A DNA stretch of 51,854 nucleotides, the filler included, from Perkinsus olseni (Eukaryota): NCBI GenBank assembly GCA_013115125.1. It is 2 parts of 2 records of this genome, joined end to end, with 100 filler letters (N's around TTAATTAATTAA, not from the genome) between each part and the next. Parts side by side here need not be neighbours in the genome. Positions count along the whole stretch, not along the records: positions 26,020 to 51,854 come from JABANN010000492.1; 1 more part is not named here. The stretch is one strand, 5' to 3'. The notes under the pieces are model-generated. The model had not been told where the DNA came from, did no database searches, and saw only the letters and a program-made list of their open reading frames with translations. Below are positions 36,054 through 49,263 of this stretch, piece by piece; position 1 is the first letter of the stretch; every line of letters starts with the position of its first letter. The position numbers were made by a program, and so were the translations under genes.

Positions 36054-36954
36054 CTAATCAAACTCCCCCGCGTACTCATCATCATCGTCATCATCATCCG
36101 AGGCTGCTGGCTTCACCTCTGTCGGTTTCTTGTCATCATCAGCGGGCGGCTCGTGACGTGTAGGGGCTTCAACGGGGGCGTTGGAAGGCGACATTGAGGA
36201 GGACGAGGATGATGAGTCAGTCAAGCCGTCATCAGATGACTCATCATCACTACCCGATTCGGAGGAAGACGAGGACAAATCATCGGCAGTCGCTGCTGCT
36301 GCCGCGGCCATCCTCGAGGCCTGCAGGAGGTCCTCGTGACATTCCCTCAGCCATTCCAGCGCTTACCTGTAGTAGCGCCGAGGGTCCCGATGGCGTCGGT
36401 TGGGAGGTGGGAGGGGCCGCCTGTGCTTCAGTAGGAGCAACGGGCTTGGGAGGAGGTCTGACAACGATCGTTACCTCAGCGGTCGGCTCAATACTGACTA
36501 CCTTCGGGCGCTGTCGGGTTTCTTCGCTTGCTGCTGCTGCTGCTGCTGTTGCTGCTGTTGTTGTACAAGATGCATGAACAGACTGCTCGTTCTGAACTCG
36601 TCCAGAGTCGGGAAGGGCACGTGACTTCGCACCGGCAATGCCTCCTGCGGCCCGGCATCGACAGTGAAGGTCATGTAAGGGGGAGGTATCGTCGTCGGGG
36701 TCAACTTCCGAGCCTCGATCAAAAGCTCATTCAAACCGACTGACCAGCAAGCAACGATCTCCCATCAACTTTTCCTCCGTGCCCGTACCTCCTAGCGGCT
36801 TGTCGGTGCCGTTACCACTCGCCTGCACCTTCAGTCTCTTGCCAGCCCTCACTAGCTGGGCTTCGATGTCCTCTCTCACCGACAGCAACCGGGCCAACTC
36901 CTTCCCTCTGTCTTCTGCCGCTGCTGCCGTTGGTGGTGAAGTCGTTGATACCAT
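36054..36954 (-). CDS. MED4: Mediator subunit 4-like protein
   Basis: N-terminal coiled coil, intron 36740-36788, then LNELLIEARKLTPTTIPPP...PFPTLDEFRTSSLF, polyQ and an acidic Ser/Asp tail, as in Med4 proteins. Confidence 0.6.
36528..36563. repeat. CAG/CAA repeat encoding polyQ in the MED4-like gene
   Basis: ttgctgctgctgctgctgctgttgctgctgttgttg. Confidence 0.85.
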
Positions 36955-37038
36955 CTTTCCACCAACTCACGCCTATGACCGTCCCTATAAACTCGCAACA
37001 CAACTCTCTGTCTCCGACAAGACCAACAAGAGGAAGTG

Positions 37039-38177
37039 TTAAGCCACGACCGCATGGAACTCTCCTCGCCCCATCATCTGTCGGTTGATGACGCTACCGA
37101 CCAGGGCCCTAGCCACTCGGTGTTGAACGGAGCCACACTCGCCCGAGGCCTGCCAGCGTCTTCACCACCATCCCACAGCAGCATCAGACCTACTTGGCAC
37201 TTCTCATCATCACAAAGGATGAAGGTCTCCCGCACCTCACCACTCCCCTCCGGTGATGCAGAGAGTAGAGAACAGCATCGCCGCTGAGAAAGTAGCATAG
37301 ATTACCGCGACCGAGGAGGCAAGTACTGCATCTTCCGTAGGCTGATCTTCTCTCGTAGGAGGGAGGACCCTAACGTCTACTTTGCTTCCGCTGCGTCTCG
37401 TCGGCCCAGTCTGAGAACAACACGCTTCGACCCGGCAACCCCGCCAATGGCAGTACTGTAGCTGCTGTCGTTTGATCTTCGTTCTGGTGAAAGTGTGGTA
37501 GGGCACTTTTTAAGAGCAACTTCGCTATCCGCCTTTGGCAGGACATCCCAGCTTCGTCCACCGGCCTCTGACAGAGTGACGAAGTTGCGCGACAGTGGCC
37601 ATCAGCCTCCTACCCACTGGCACTCTCTATCAGTGCAGAGAATGAAGGTGCTGAGGGACTCATCCCCACCATCAGCACACCACTCGGGGCCGGTGATGAC
37701 AGAACAGCAACACGCCCAAGGAATCTTCACCGCTCCCTGCTCTACCACTGCAGCAGTCCCTTCTCCACGACGAGGCTTTCCCCTTCGACCTCTTGCTGGC
37801 GATGGATGAGAACGCCTCGATCCTTTCGGACTTCCCCCGCCTCTCTCCCTGTGGCTAGTCCTTTTCGACTGAACGCTATTATTGGGCTTCTTCACTTTAG
37901 TATGACCGGACTCCCTCAGCTGGGGCGATGCAGCTTTCGCGCCAACTTCTTTCACTCTGGATACGCTCTGTCGTCTCCCGGAGGATTTCCCTACTACCAC
38001 CATCCTCTCCTCGGCCATCCTATCATACTTATGATAACGCGCGCTCTGCACGCCGTCAGCCCTCGCCTCTCGCCGGTTCCTCCTCGACACGACCCTCACA
38101 CAGCGGGACCACCAAGACTGCTGCTGCTGCTGCGGCTGCGGCTGCTTTTTGCTATTACTACTGTAACATACTCCCAT
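37039..38177 (-). CDS. hypothetical N-acylated protein with duplicated Cys motif
   Basis: MGVCYSS start at 38177; two exons ending TFILCTDRECQ and TFILCDDEKCQ; probable last exon ending FHAVVA-TAA at 37039. Confidence 0.5.
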
Positions 38178-38450
38178 CAGTGGACGGTTGTCATGAACAA
38201 TATCACCACTCCCCTGACGTATCCTAGGTCGACCCACGCCAACGACAACACAGGTCCTGCAGATAAAATGATTCTCTTTAGTCATTACCTCATTTTTGAT
38301 ACAAAAGTCAATGACAGATAACAAAGTTAGTAATAGTACGTCGATGGTCACCGAGCTGCGATGACTCTGAGTGAAAAGGACCACTTCACAGCAGGAAGTG
38401 GATAAGATACGCTTGCCGTACAAAATTTAGGTCGCAAATGATGGCAACCA

Positions 38451-40549
38451 TCACCCGCCGAAGTTGCGATTCTTGAACAGAACCGGGGCAACCAGGGTCC
38501 ATGCGAAGAGCGCCAGCATCGTCCACATAGCCGTCACTTGGATCCAGTAGTCCAGTTGCCGAGAAGCTGTCCTACCGTCCGCGGGGGTGAGCGGGTTGCT
38601 GATCCATTTGGTACTCAGCACGGTGAGGTACATGGCCCCTGTTAGGTGAACTATATTAAGGAAGCTGAGGGGAAGTGAAGATGAGAAGGGCCATTCGAGG
38701 TGGTTATTCCTACAGAACTTGCCACCACGACACCGTAGTGGAATCCTCCGCCACATTCGTTGCGGTCTGCTGGGTCTGTCCGCCCCCTTCAAGGTCCGGC
38801 CCACCGGCGGTGCCATCGACAGGAGCAGCGCCAACATCAATGTTAGCAAGCTTGGCTACGGCATCATCATCACCTGCAAGACCATGCCAATTAAGATAGT
38901 GCTGGTGGTGGAAGTTTCGGGAAGCGCGTGTATACTGACAAGCATACCAATACTCTGTTAACGCTAATGAGATTTCGGGGGACACTCAGTCATATGATAA
39001 CGCTACGAGTGTTAGAAGTGACGATGATCTCATTGGTACGACCTTTTGAAGCACTTTTCGACCCTTTTTCTACTACCTCCGGCCTTCCCAGCGGTCGTTG
39101 CTGCACGCTGGGAGTCCCGCTTCTCCTGCTGTACTGTGGCCACTGCAACATCGTCAATATTGGTGTCATCTTGGCGGACCAATACAGGGTTGGCCACTCT
39201 CGTGGACATGTAGATGAAGACCACAGCTGCCACTATGTACCCTATCACCTGCCGCGCCGCATTAGGAGACGCTGCATAAGCATAGTTGGACAAGCAAGAG
39301 CAGTAGGCCAGCCAAGTGACGTAGAGGGCAACAACAGCACTGGGGAGGAGGGCGCCCTGAGGGGGAGAAGATGATCGGGCGATGGTGCTGAGGACGACCT
39401 ACAGCCTTGGCCCACTCCGTCCAGGAAAAGATAACAAGTAGGATGGTGATAACAAAGGTTACGGACAGGACCGCATTCAGGGTTGACGATCCCCCAGTTA
39501 GAGTAAACATCCAGATAAAGGCGGCGATGAACCAAAGATACATTATTACCGAGATCGACGTCAGGGCGATGTACCTGATTCGGTCTTGCTGCTGCTGCGA
39601 GCGCTACCATTAGGGTCGAGTACCATTTCTTCCCCGCCTTTTCGTTTAACATATCCCCCCGCTGGTCTTCGATCGCGTTGGATACCCATAGATCGTTCCA
39701 GGAGTATCCAAAGTCGAGCAGCACGACCAGCTGGAGCACTATGAAAATGAAGAGGATGCCGGTGTAGACGTCAATGAGGGTGTTGAAGAAGGAGTTGGGT
39801 ACGAGTATGAGGAGAAACCCCAGACCGGGCACCAGCAAGAACTTGAGTATCCACCTGAAACGACGAAAAAACGATTACCTAGGCGGAGCGAAGCCACACG
39901 GAGTCTGCTGAAGTGTTGGTTGGTGAGGGCCATGAAACCTACCAGGATCCAGTGACCGCCATCCCCACTGTCGACCCCAGCAGGCTGAAGATACACTGTA
40001 TGAGGAAGACTATCACTGCACCGGTGCCGAAGCGGTAACCCAGCTGGTCTCGATAACACTGTTCGATATCTTCAAGCTCCGCTACTGTCAAGCCACTTGC
40101 GCCGGGGTTGCCACCTGAGCAAGGGATGCTCCGCTAGGTGAGATCATGCTAAGAAGATTCGACGAGAGTGCCCCAAGGGGATCGGGGACACAAGATGGCG
40201 ACGAGTGCTGAGTATTCCTGTTGGGAATGCTGTTCCTTCCCTCCTGGTCACAAAAACAGGCGATCGTACAGCGATGAAAATGATGTGCCGTCGAAAACCC
40301 CTATTACAATTTTTGATTCCCGGCACCCCATTGAGCCAGGATGCAGGGTCAGTGGTTCGGAAGACCAGCATCAACAGCACAGCGAGAGCTTGCAGCAGGA
40401 AGGCCAGCCCCTTCACCACCTGAACCGACTACTACCATCATCGCCATCGCCAACACTTACTATATTACCTTGATAGACTCCGTGTTACCAGTAGTACCGA
40501 CACAGCAGCAGCAAGCAGCAGCGATGCCTGTTATAGCGCAGCACCCCAT
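38451..40549 (-). CDS. SERINC: serine incorporator (Serinc/TMS1/TDE) family membrane protein
   Basis: MGCCAITGIAAACCCC N-terminus, FIVLQLVVLLDFGYSWNDLW, GAMYLTVLSTKW and C-terminal WTLVAPVLFKNRNFGG. Confidence 0.9.
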
Positions 40550-40757
40550 ACGGTTGTTAGAAAATACTGCCGAGGTCCTGAAGGGCAGTTGAGGAACACA
40601 ACAACAGGAGGTGTGGAAAATGTGGTAATGGTACAGATGGCAATGCACGTGGTAACGAGGGAATATCGTCGATACACTTTGAGAAGCAACAGGACAGGCG
40701 GGGCCGGGAAGGAAGATGATGGTGGTGGAAGATACCAGCTCATCGTCATCATACCAA

Positions 40758-43700
40758 CTATTGCTTAACCTGCTGTTGTTGTTGCTTCACCCCGGTCATG
40801 AATCTCCGGCTAGCCTCCTTCACAACAGGAGTAGCGTCGAAGATGAGCGGAGTCTCGTTGCCACCAGCGCTGGCAGCGAGGAAGTTCCCATAAGCAGGTA
40901 CGGACGGGTCAGGCGGACACCAAGCGATGTACCCCGGAGCGTTCTCATCGTCGCACCTCAAGTCGAAGGCGGACACGACTCGACCTTCGCTCCAGACTAC
41001 GCACTTCCTTCCCAGCATCATAGTGACCAACAGCGGAGGGGCTGCGGCATCTCCCCCTCCTCCCTTGTGAATTCTGAGGTAGGGCTGGTGCTGCCAGGCA
41101 ATAGCCGTTATAGCATCGATACAGGGCAGACGGTAGAGGACGGACTGACTGAGGAGGTCCCAAACCACCACCAAACCACCCTCGTAGGCTGCACAAAGGA
41201 CATCACCATCACTACCCGGCATCCACCGTAGCATCTCCTGGGCTTGCAGCGGGGTTCCACTCTCAGAGTTGGCTCTCAAGACGATCGGTTTGCCCGGCCG
41301 TCTCGCCGTAGGGTCCATCCACACCGTTATGTAAGCGTCCGTCGGCTCACTATCGGTGATGGCTGCCAACCTCTTCGACCCCGAATCGTCGAAGGCGCAT
41401 TCGAGAATGAATCTGTTGCTACCACCATTACTACCACTACCATCATCCTCGTCGACTCCTGCCAGCATCAGCTTCTTCTGAGCGTTGTCTCGAGTATCGA
41501 CCAGTAGAGTATAGGGCGATAAGGTACCAAGGGCAAGATAGGTCGCCCCGAGCCACGCCAGAGTGTACGAGGGAGTATCATCGATCTTCAACATCAGCTC
41601 CGAGGCTTCCCCAGGATTGTTGCAGTCCACTTGCCAAATAATAACGCTCTCATCGACACTCGCAGCGAGGTAGGTAGAGGAAGCAGCAGAAGCAGCAGCA
41701 ATGGTGCTGCCCTCAGGGAACTCAGACCCCATCGGGCTGCTCCCGCCAAGGACACCATCTGTGCCGCAGAACTCGACCGCGTGATACCCTCCTATTTCTA
41801 ACTCATCCTCGTCTTGCTGTTCATCACCCCCTTGAGGGTACTTCAGATCCAGTCTGCCGGCGATGGAATACCCCTTCGCCTCACGCTGGACCCAACAGAG
41901 CTTGATAGTACCACAACTTTCGCTAGCCATCGCGATAACAGCTAAGGCCCCGCGGTTAGACGACCATGAAAGATACGCCTGCTGCTGCGCTGTGACATCC
42001 TCCTGTTGTTGCTGATGATGTAGTAGTGGGTCATTCGATGAAGTACTACCATCAACCATAAGATACCCCATTACCCCATCGCCGCCTTCAGGAGACCTGT
42101 TCCACTCCCTTTGGTCAGCTTCTATGCCACCACCTTCGGAGGGCTTAACAGGCGACCAGAACAAGGCCAGCTGGCCGTCAGCATTGGCAGTAGCGAGGAG
42201 ACCGTCGAAGGTTGGGGACCACTGCATGGCCGATACTGGTGATAGGCAGTGCAGGGAGGTCCTATCACGACTAGGATCCACAAGCTGATACCTGAGCCAA
42301 TACCAATACCACTCCAACCGTAACTGACCGCACTACTACACTAGAGGCATTATCGTAGCGTCGTCCCTTGCAGGCTGCTCGTCACCCCCCTTCCCTTCTA
42401 CTTCCCCTTCCGGGGTCGTTGATGCCGCCGGTGGAGATTCCTCTTCCACCGTAGTCTCCTCAGTTTTCATCTCAACATCCCCTTCCTCAACACTTCCACC
42501 GTTCTCGCCTGCTGCCGCCGCCAAAGGCCCTGCTGTTATCAAGCGACCTCTCTTGCGCATCTTCGGGGGTCTATCAGGCCCACTCGGGCTTGCCTCCTGT
42601 CCCTCTGCCTGAGGCAACAAACTTCATAATACGGCCAAGGCACACTACTACTATATCACCTCCGGCTGCGCCTTGATTTCGCTCTTTGCATTAGTCGTGC
42701 TTACTCTGGAGTCCGACGCGCTACTCGTGCTACCATCAGTATCCTGAGGTGACGTATTACCCTTCGATCCGTCCCAAGGGGCGTGCAACTACTACTTCCA
42801 CCTCCCCTGCTGTTTTCTCTTCCTTTTTAGCGTCTTCCTGCTCCTGCTGCATACGTCTCCTCCTCCGTCTCCTCTTGCTCCGAGGACTGCTGGTTATGCT
42901 GCTCGAGCCACCACCAAGAGTACCCTCATCATCCTCATCATCGCCTTTTTTATTGCCACTACTACGACGACTGCCACCCTTTGCGTGCGCTCTTCCCTTG
43001 CTGTCATCATTATCGTCCTCAATACTAGTATCGTCAGTGAGGGTCTCAGCAGGGTTACGTCTGCTGTTTCGAGAATCTGAACGACAATCCACTTCATAGT
43101 AAACAGCAATAATACCAAATTTTTCGTAAATCCTGTGGGTGAGCCAGGCCCTGCACGAAACTACTCACTTCTCTTTCCAGATCTGTTGTTATACTCTTCC
43201 TCCTCTTCCTCTTCTTCCTCCTCTTCCTCCGATACCGTCGCTGTTGGCACCAAATGCCTGCCCATAGAACCGTTCCAACCCAGAAGCACTAGAAAATTTC
43301 TAACACTACTCGTGAGGCCTCAACAGACTAAAGGAGCCTTCGCATCTGATCTGCTCTCCATTCTGAGAGGGAGAAGTCTCCCAACAATCGACCCACAATT
43401 TTCTAATCATTACCTTGCCGCAGTGACTTTGGATGTACAGATAGATCAGTGATTTTTGCAGGAGAGACACCAGGGCCCCAGGAGGGATCTGGGTAGTAGC
43501 GAAAGGGCTGGTTTGAGGTACTCTGGACTCGGCCTCGAACGTAAATGCGGAATGACGGAAGCCTGAGGAGGAGGAGGTGGCAGTAGCGCTGCTGTTGTCG
43601 GCAATAGAAGTATCTTTTTTACCAGCTTCAAGAAGATATCTGTACACGAGTAGGTTAACCTCATCCGCGGATATCGATAGTTTGATGTGTGAATGGAGCA

Positions 43701-43764
43701 ACTCAGCCGCTCCCCCAGCGGGCGGGTCGGTATTATTACCGATTCCGTCAGGGGACGATGACAT
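40758..43764 (-). CDS. TBL1: TBL1/Ebi/HOS15-like LisH + WD40 protein
   Basis: LSISADEVNLLVYRYLLEA/GFRHSAFTFEAES...IPPGALVSLLQK matches the TBL1 LisH N-terminus; long acidic linker exons; divergent WD40-like strands in ORF 40758-42317. Confidence 0.85.
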
Positions 43765-43913
43765 GTGGGCCTTTGATCAAGTCACCACTGGCTGGACCAG
43801 AGACCCTTATCGATTGACAGGGCGCGCGCAATATTTTCGACAACTTGAGAATAGCAAATTTGTGAGAATGTTTTCCCGTTTACCGTGGCCGCTGCTTCTC
43901 TATAATTAGCACG

Positions 43914-46515
43914 ATGAATGAGGATGCTGCTGTCTCTGCATCGAAGGTGCAGAAGACTGAAGGGTCTGCCGATGCCAAGAGTGAGTTGAGGAAGATGTCT
44001 CGTAAACAGCGTAGGGAGGCTAAGCGGAAGGACCGAGAGAAGGAGGAGGAAGAGAAGAAGGGAGTCCATTGTAATAGTACGGGTGAACTGGGGGGAAGTG
44101 GTGGTGATGATTGGGGAAATACAGGTGGATAAAGCATCAAGGGTATGAACAGGTCGTTGTGACTATTGATAGGGAGATTAGGGCGATCAGCAGCTTAAGT
44201 TACTGCCGAATCGGGTACCATTCCTTGGAATATAGTAACTCCAGAGTCCCTCGGTCACCTCTGATGGTCCTGAGTGAATCGGGTGAGTAGGGTTTAGCGT
44301 TAAACGAGTGTACCTACTCAGTCTGTTGATAGCGATAGTCGAGAAGGGCGTATCTTTGGTTGAAGCGCGAGAGCTTTGAGGTCGATGATAGGAAGACCAC
44401 ACGCTCAGGTGACTTCTGGGTAGCAGCCAAGCACCGGTACTGCAAGTTCCAACCCGTGAAGGGGTCCTCCAAGTGCAGTGTCCACCAAGACGATGCTGAG
44501 GGGGATAAGGAGAGGGTACCATGCCCGATCGACCCCAACCATTCAGTGTGAGCTCACCTTTGGTACCGCAGTGGTACAGCTCACAGAAGGCAGGTATAAG
44601 CGTAAACTTGAAAAGCATGTTCTGGTTTGTAGCAAAACTAAGGACAACAACTTCATCGTACGCCAACCCTTGTACAGCAGAGGATGTAATGCTTACTACT
44701 GTCGAGGGAAGTGGTAGCATCTGGTGGAAAGCAGGTAATGTCCCCGAGGGTAAGAGGCCAGACCCTACTCTGGATAATGTTTCCATCACCAGTGGCGCTG
44801 AGGAGGAAGAGGAGGGCGTTGTAGATGAGTGGTTGAAGAAGCTGGACGAAGCGGTAGGAGTGGGGAACCGAGTGGTACGAGATGGTTTGGGCGTGCGCAG
44901 GTTCGGAAGCTAGTGGCTGAGCTAAGCAAGGATGACGCTAGGCAGTGCATTGACGTCGAAGGTAGTAGCAGTAGAGGGTAAGGGCCTTGAGGCTATTGAA
45001 TCATTTACGAAGGTGGCAGCAGTATTTCGGAGGAAGTTCGCGGGGGTATGGTTGGGAGGGTTGAGGAGAGCATAGTGTCCAACGGTGAAGCTGATAAACA
45101 CGATATACAGAATAGCAGACTACTGTCGGTGATGGAGAAGGAGGGGATGCTGAGTAGTTGTGATGATGGCGATGGTGTAATATAGTATCTTGTTGTTCGT
45201 GCTGTGCAGTCTTCAACCTTAGATACCACTATTTATCGAATATGGCTGTGGGAGGGGTGGGCTCTCGCGATGGGTCATGGAGTACCGTAAGCAGCAGCAG
45301 CAGGAGCAGAAGTCCAGTACAACAGCAGGGGCAGCACCCAAGCCTTGGTAGTAGGGTAGGGTCCCCCCTTGACGGGTCGATCCATCGGGCGGGGCTAAAG
45401 TGAGACATACGGGACGAGGCCTGAAGGCCTCCACGATTTTATTCATGAATGAATCGATCGTGTTGAAGAAGAAGGTGCGATCGCGCGCGACGATACTGGC
45501 TTATGGCACCCACTCAGTGGCCGCTGCGTCGCATCATTAATATCACAGCGATGGCTAGCACTGTCATGATTTCCGTTTCAACCACGCTTCAACCTAGGAT
45601 ACCATCACTTCTTGCCTACAGGACCTTTCTATTGGTCGATCGTGAGGCACGACGCAATAAACAAGAGAACAGAAAGGACCTGACCAACAGCAACTCATCC
45701 TCATCAATCGTTATGCGGCTGAGGATGGACATAGCCGACCTTAACCTCGCTGACATCTTCGTAGCTGAGGAGAGGGAGCAGGGGGATCATCAGAAGGCTT
45801 CTACTGTAACATCCCGCGGTTCCATCGGTTATGATGAGAGATTGGAAAACTTGTGGGCAAGGTAGTAGGAACTCAACCTCTTTCGCATCATACCATTTCG
45901 ACATAAAGATACCACGCGATCCGCTCTCAACCGCAGTGGCCCCCCAAGGTCACATGTTGCATCGCGAAGCACTTGTGTGGTAGTGCAACCGATCTCAGCC
46001 TAAGTAAGTCCACCGGGCTTCTATCGAGGGGTTTGCTAATGCACCATCCGCAGGGACACTGCAATGCTCATCAAGACCTTCAGCTTTGATAGCGACATGC
46101 TGTCATCATCGTTGTGAGTACGATATGCTTTGCGGCAAAGAGGTCGGTCGTACCGGCAGTATCTGCTATTTTCAAACTGACCGTAGGTATTAACAAGTTT
46201 GCTACCCGAGATACACGACCCAGAATCTTTTGCCAAGTTGAGGACCATGGCTGGCTGGGCGACATCGCATGAGCCTCTTTCGAAGGAAAAACGGGCGAAT
46301 ATATCACCGCAGAAGGCCGAGTGTGGACGACTGGTGAAAATGCTAATCGATCTCTGCCGCGTAACTTGGCTGAAAAGAGCGATGAAGTAGTAGGTCATTC
46401 TGAGGGCGTCGACCGACGAGCTTTTTGTAGGTGCGATAGAGTCTCTTACAAATCTTATGTTGATGCTGGTGTTAGTCCGGAGAATCGATGCATTGCTGCT
46501 GTTGGTGTAGCATAA
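43914..46515 (+). CDS. TRM13: tRNA:m4X modification enzyme TRM13
   Basis: Zn-finger motifs KHRYCKF...CSVH and RVPCPIDPNHSV...LEKHVLVC, then IEYGCGRGGLS, LVDR, RLRMDIADL, AKHLCGSATDLSL, LIDLCR and VSPEN. Confidence 0.92.
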
Positions 46516-46596
46516 ACTATGTTCCTGTCTTTCTCCATTGAAAGAACTCTTTCGTTAACAGTGAGAGGGAAATGGGGTTATCGATGTGAGGACTGT

Positions 46597-48029
46597 CTAC
46601 TGACTGGAGTAGAAATCGATGACATCGACAAAACTTTGATAAGAACCCACGACAAAAAATATCAAACCCAAGGCGACCATACCCCAAGACACGACCGCAG
46701 AGTAGTCGAACTTAGACCTAATAGCCGCATCACTTACCTTCCCGTCAACCTCCTCATTGCGAGGAACAGTCTGTTCGGTAACTGAGGGCTCCTCGATGGT
46801 TGACATGCTGGCCTGACGTGCTTGGTCAGCGTAGAAGCGGGCCTTGAGTAACCTCACACAGAAACATCCAGGCACGACGTAGACGATGTAGGAGCCAGTG
46901 ACAGAACCGACGAAGTAGAGAACTGTCTGGACGTCCGGGAGGTAGATAGCGACAACAACGCTGAGGATGATACTGATGATGACAATAAGGGGTCCCACCC
47001 ACCACTGGAAGGGTCCCCTCTTGCCTGTGATGCCGCGGATAGTGGCCTTGATCGAGGCGCGGATAGGGAAAATGTTGAGAGGGTAAGCGGCAAGGACGGC
47101 CAATGCCATGAGAATGAAGGCCACTGCAACGAATACATCACCGTCATTGAAGTCTTGCGTCATGTTTTTGACAATGGAACCCTCTGTTGCCGGACCGTAG
47201 GTGAGGAAACCGAAGACACCTATGGTGAGGTAGGTGACGAAACAAAGGCCAACGGATAAAACCGAGACGATCCTCATAGTGGATTCGTTACGCGGGTTGA
47301 GTTCCGAGTAGATCTGAGGGACATTAGTTTGGCAGACTTAGGCGAAGATATATCCGGAGATGGCACCAATGACAGGGCCAAAGCCGTGGATGGGAAGCCA
47401 TACCGCAGCGGGGGTAAGATCGACTGATACACCACGCTTGATGAAAAGTAGAAGACACAAATAGCGAGGATAAAAATAGAGAGAACACCGGCCATGGACA
47501 CCCAGCGTATGTTATTAATACGATTGACCAGGCACAGCGGTAATAGTACAACGGCAATAATAACAGTGAGAATTGGACGATTCAGAAATGGGTAGGCATA
47601 AGCCTCATCAGCAGCATCAGGGCCGAAGGCTTTGGCGAAGACTGGTATGAGAAGGTCTGCTACGGTGATAAGATAGGCCACTGCGGTGCCGAAACAAAAT
47701 ATTACCATAGCGACCTCGAAGAGGTATCCAGTGAGGTTGTTGAAGTAGCTTCTGACAAGCTCTTCAAAGGTGTCCATTCTAGAGTGTGTCTGGGCCCTTA
47801 CGATCATGTTAATAGAGATCATAGACAGAATGCCAAGAACGATGAGGAGGAGGATTGAGATGGGGATACCAGTTGACATGATGGAGCCTGGCAGAGCTAA
47901 ACTGCCGGCCCCAAGTGTTGCTTTACATAGGGTCACTGCAGAGGCCAAGAGCCCACCATCAGGGAGAGGGTTCCAACCCCTACTAGTCTTCTTAGGAGAG
48001 GGCGGAGCTGATGACGATGGGGTTGCCAT
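46597..48029 (-). pseudogene. intronless amino acid transporter (AAAP/Aa_trans, SLC38-like) with a frameshift and an in-frame stop
   Basis: TLCKATLGAGSLALP and GVFGFLTYG motifs; 1-nt loss in the T run at 47444-47447; TAA at 47338-47340 within IFA*VCQTNV. Confidence 0.75.
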
Positions 48030-48294
48030 TCGCAGAAAGAACCTTTTGGAAAGTTCCTGAGGAGTGGCACAGAGAACTGTACGCATGCACATGCTAGCAC
48101 GCATGCACATGTCCCCGCGTACGCAGCCTCTCTACTCACCAGCCCTTCACTATCCTCCCGTTTATCGCCTACCACTCCAACTCGAAATAGCACAATACAA
48201 AGACATAACGGTTTTTGACATAAAGTGCATGCGAGGGCATATTACAGAGCCTTTCACTACAACCAATGAGAGAACGAGAAGTACACCATCCAGA

Positions 48295-49263
48295 CTAGGC
48301 TCCTGCCGTCCCTGACGCTGGTGCTGCCAAGGGGACCTCATACGTCGCCACTTCAACCTAATCGCTGCACAGTACCACCTCAGAGTTGAGAGGTCCTCAC
48401 CTTCACGGCGAACCCAACGTGAGCTTCCCCATCCTCTGCCGCCTTCTGCAGGGACCTCCTGTGGGCGATTTCTCTTTCTCTTAGATCATGCTCAGCCTTA
48501 GACTCGATAGAGCACATCTCCAGTGACGACCTCCGGCGGGACGAATCACCTCGGGAACTCCTCTTCTGAGATGAGTATGGTCAGCATCCATCCCGCGGCC
48601 CCACACCTACCCCTGTTGGAGTCGGTAGTTCTTCGGGCGCTCCTTCAGAGCCGCTTGACTCTTCATCATCGTCGTCGTCTTCATCATCTTCTTCGTTATT
48701 GTTATCCTCTTGCTTTTGTGCCGACTCATCGTAGGGTATTTCAGTGACTTCATTTTCGTCCAAGGCAAACTGTATTGAGGGTCGTCTAGCATGCCTACTT
48801 ACAGAACTTCACCACCACCACCACGACAAGACTTCTATACTACCTCTCGGCTAGGTCATGCAACAGACTTTCACGGTGACTGTCGCAGTCCGCACGACTT
48901 AGCCTCCTGAACCTTGGATCGTACAGGGGGACGTCATCATCCTCGTCATCACCCTAAGCACCGCAAAGGACTCTCATCCACCGCCACAAACACAAAAATG
49001 GGCGTTACCGCTGCCGCCTGCGCTGCTTGGTCACCAGAAGCGTCCTCTGGAGGACGCACTTCCACTGCAGGTGGCGCCTGTGCTGTGGCCGCTGTCTCAA
49101 CCTGAACCGCCCCACTCACCGACATCACTGGGTTCGAGCCAATTACGTTGTTCGCTTCCTTCTCTTGCTGCTGCGCTACTGACTCTTCCTGAGGGACTTG
49201 ACTAGTGCTGGAGAGAGTTTCTTTATTCGGCATGGAGGCTTCGACCGACGCTCCACAACCCAT
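48295..49263 (-). CDS. hypothetical acidic protein with MGCGAS dual-acylation N-terminus; 3' end uncertain
   Basis: ATG 49263 MGCGASVE; E/D-rich downstream exons separated by GT-AG introns. Confidence 0.55.
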
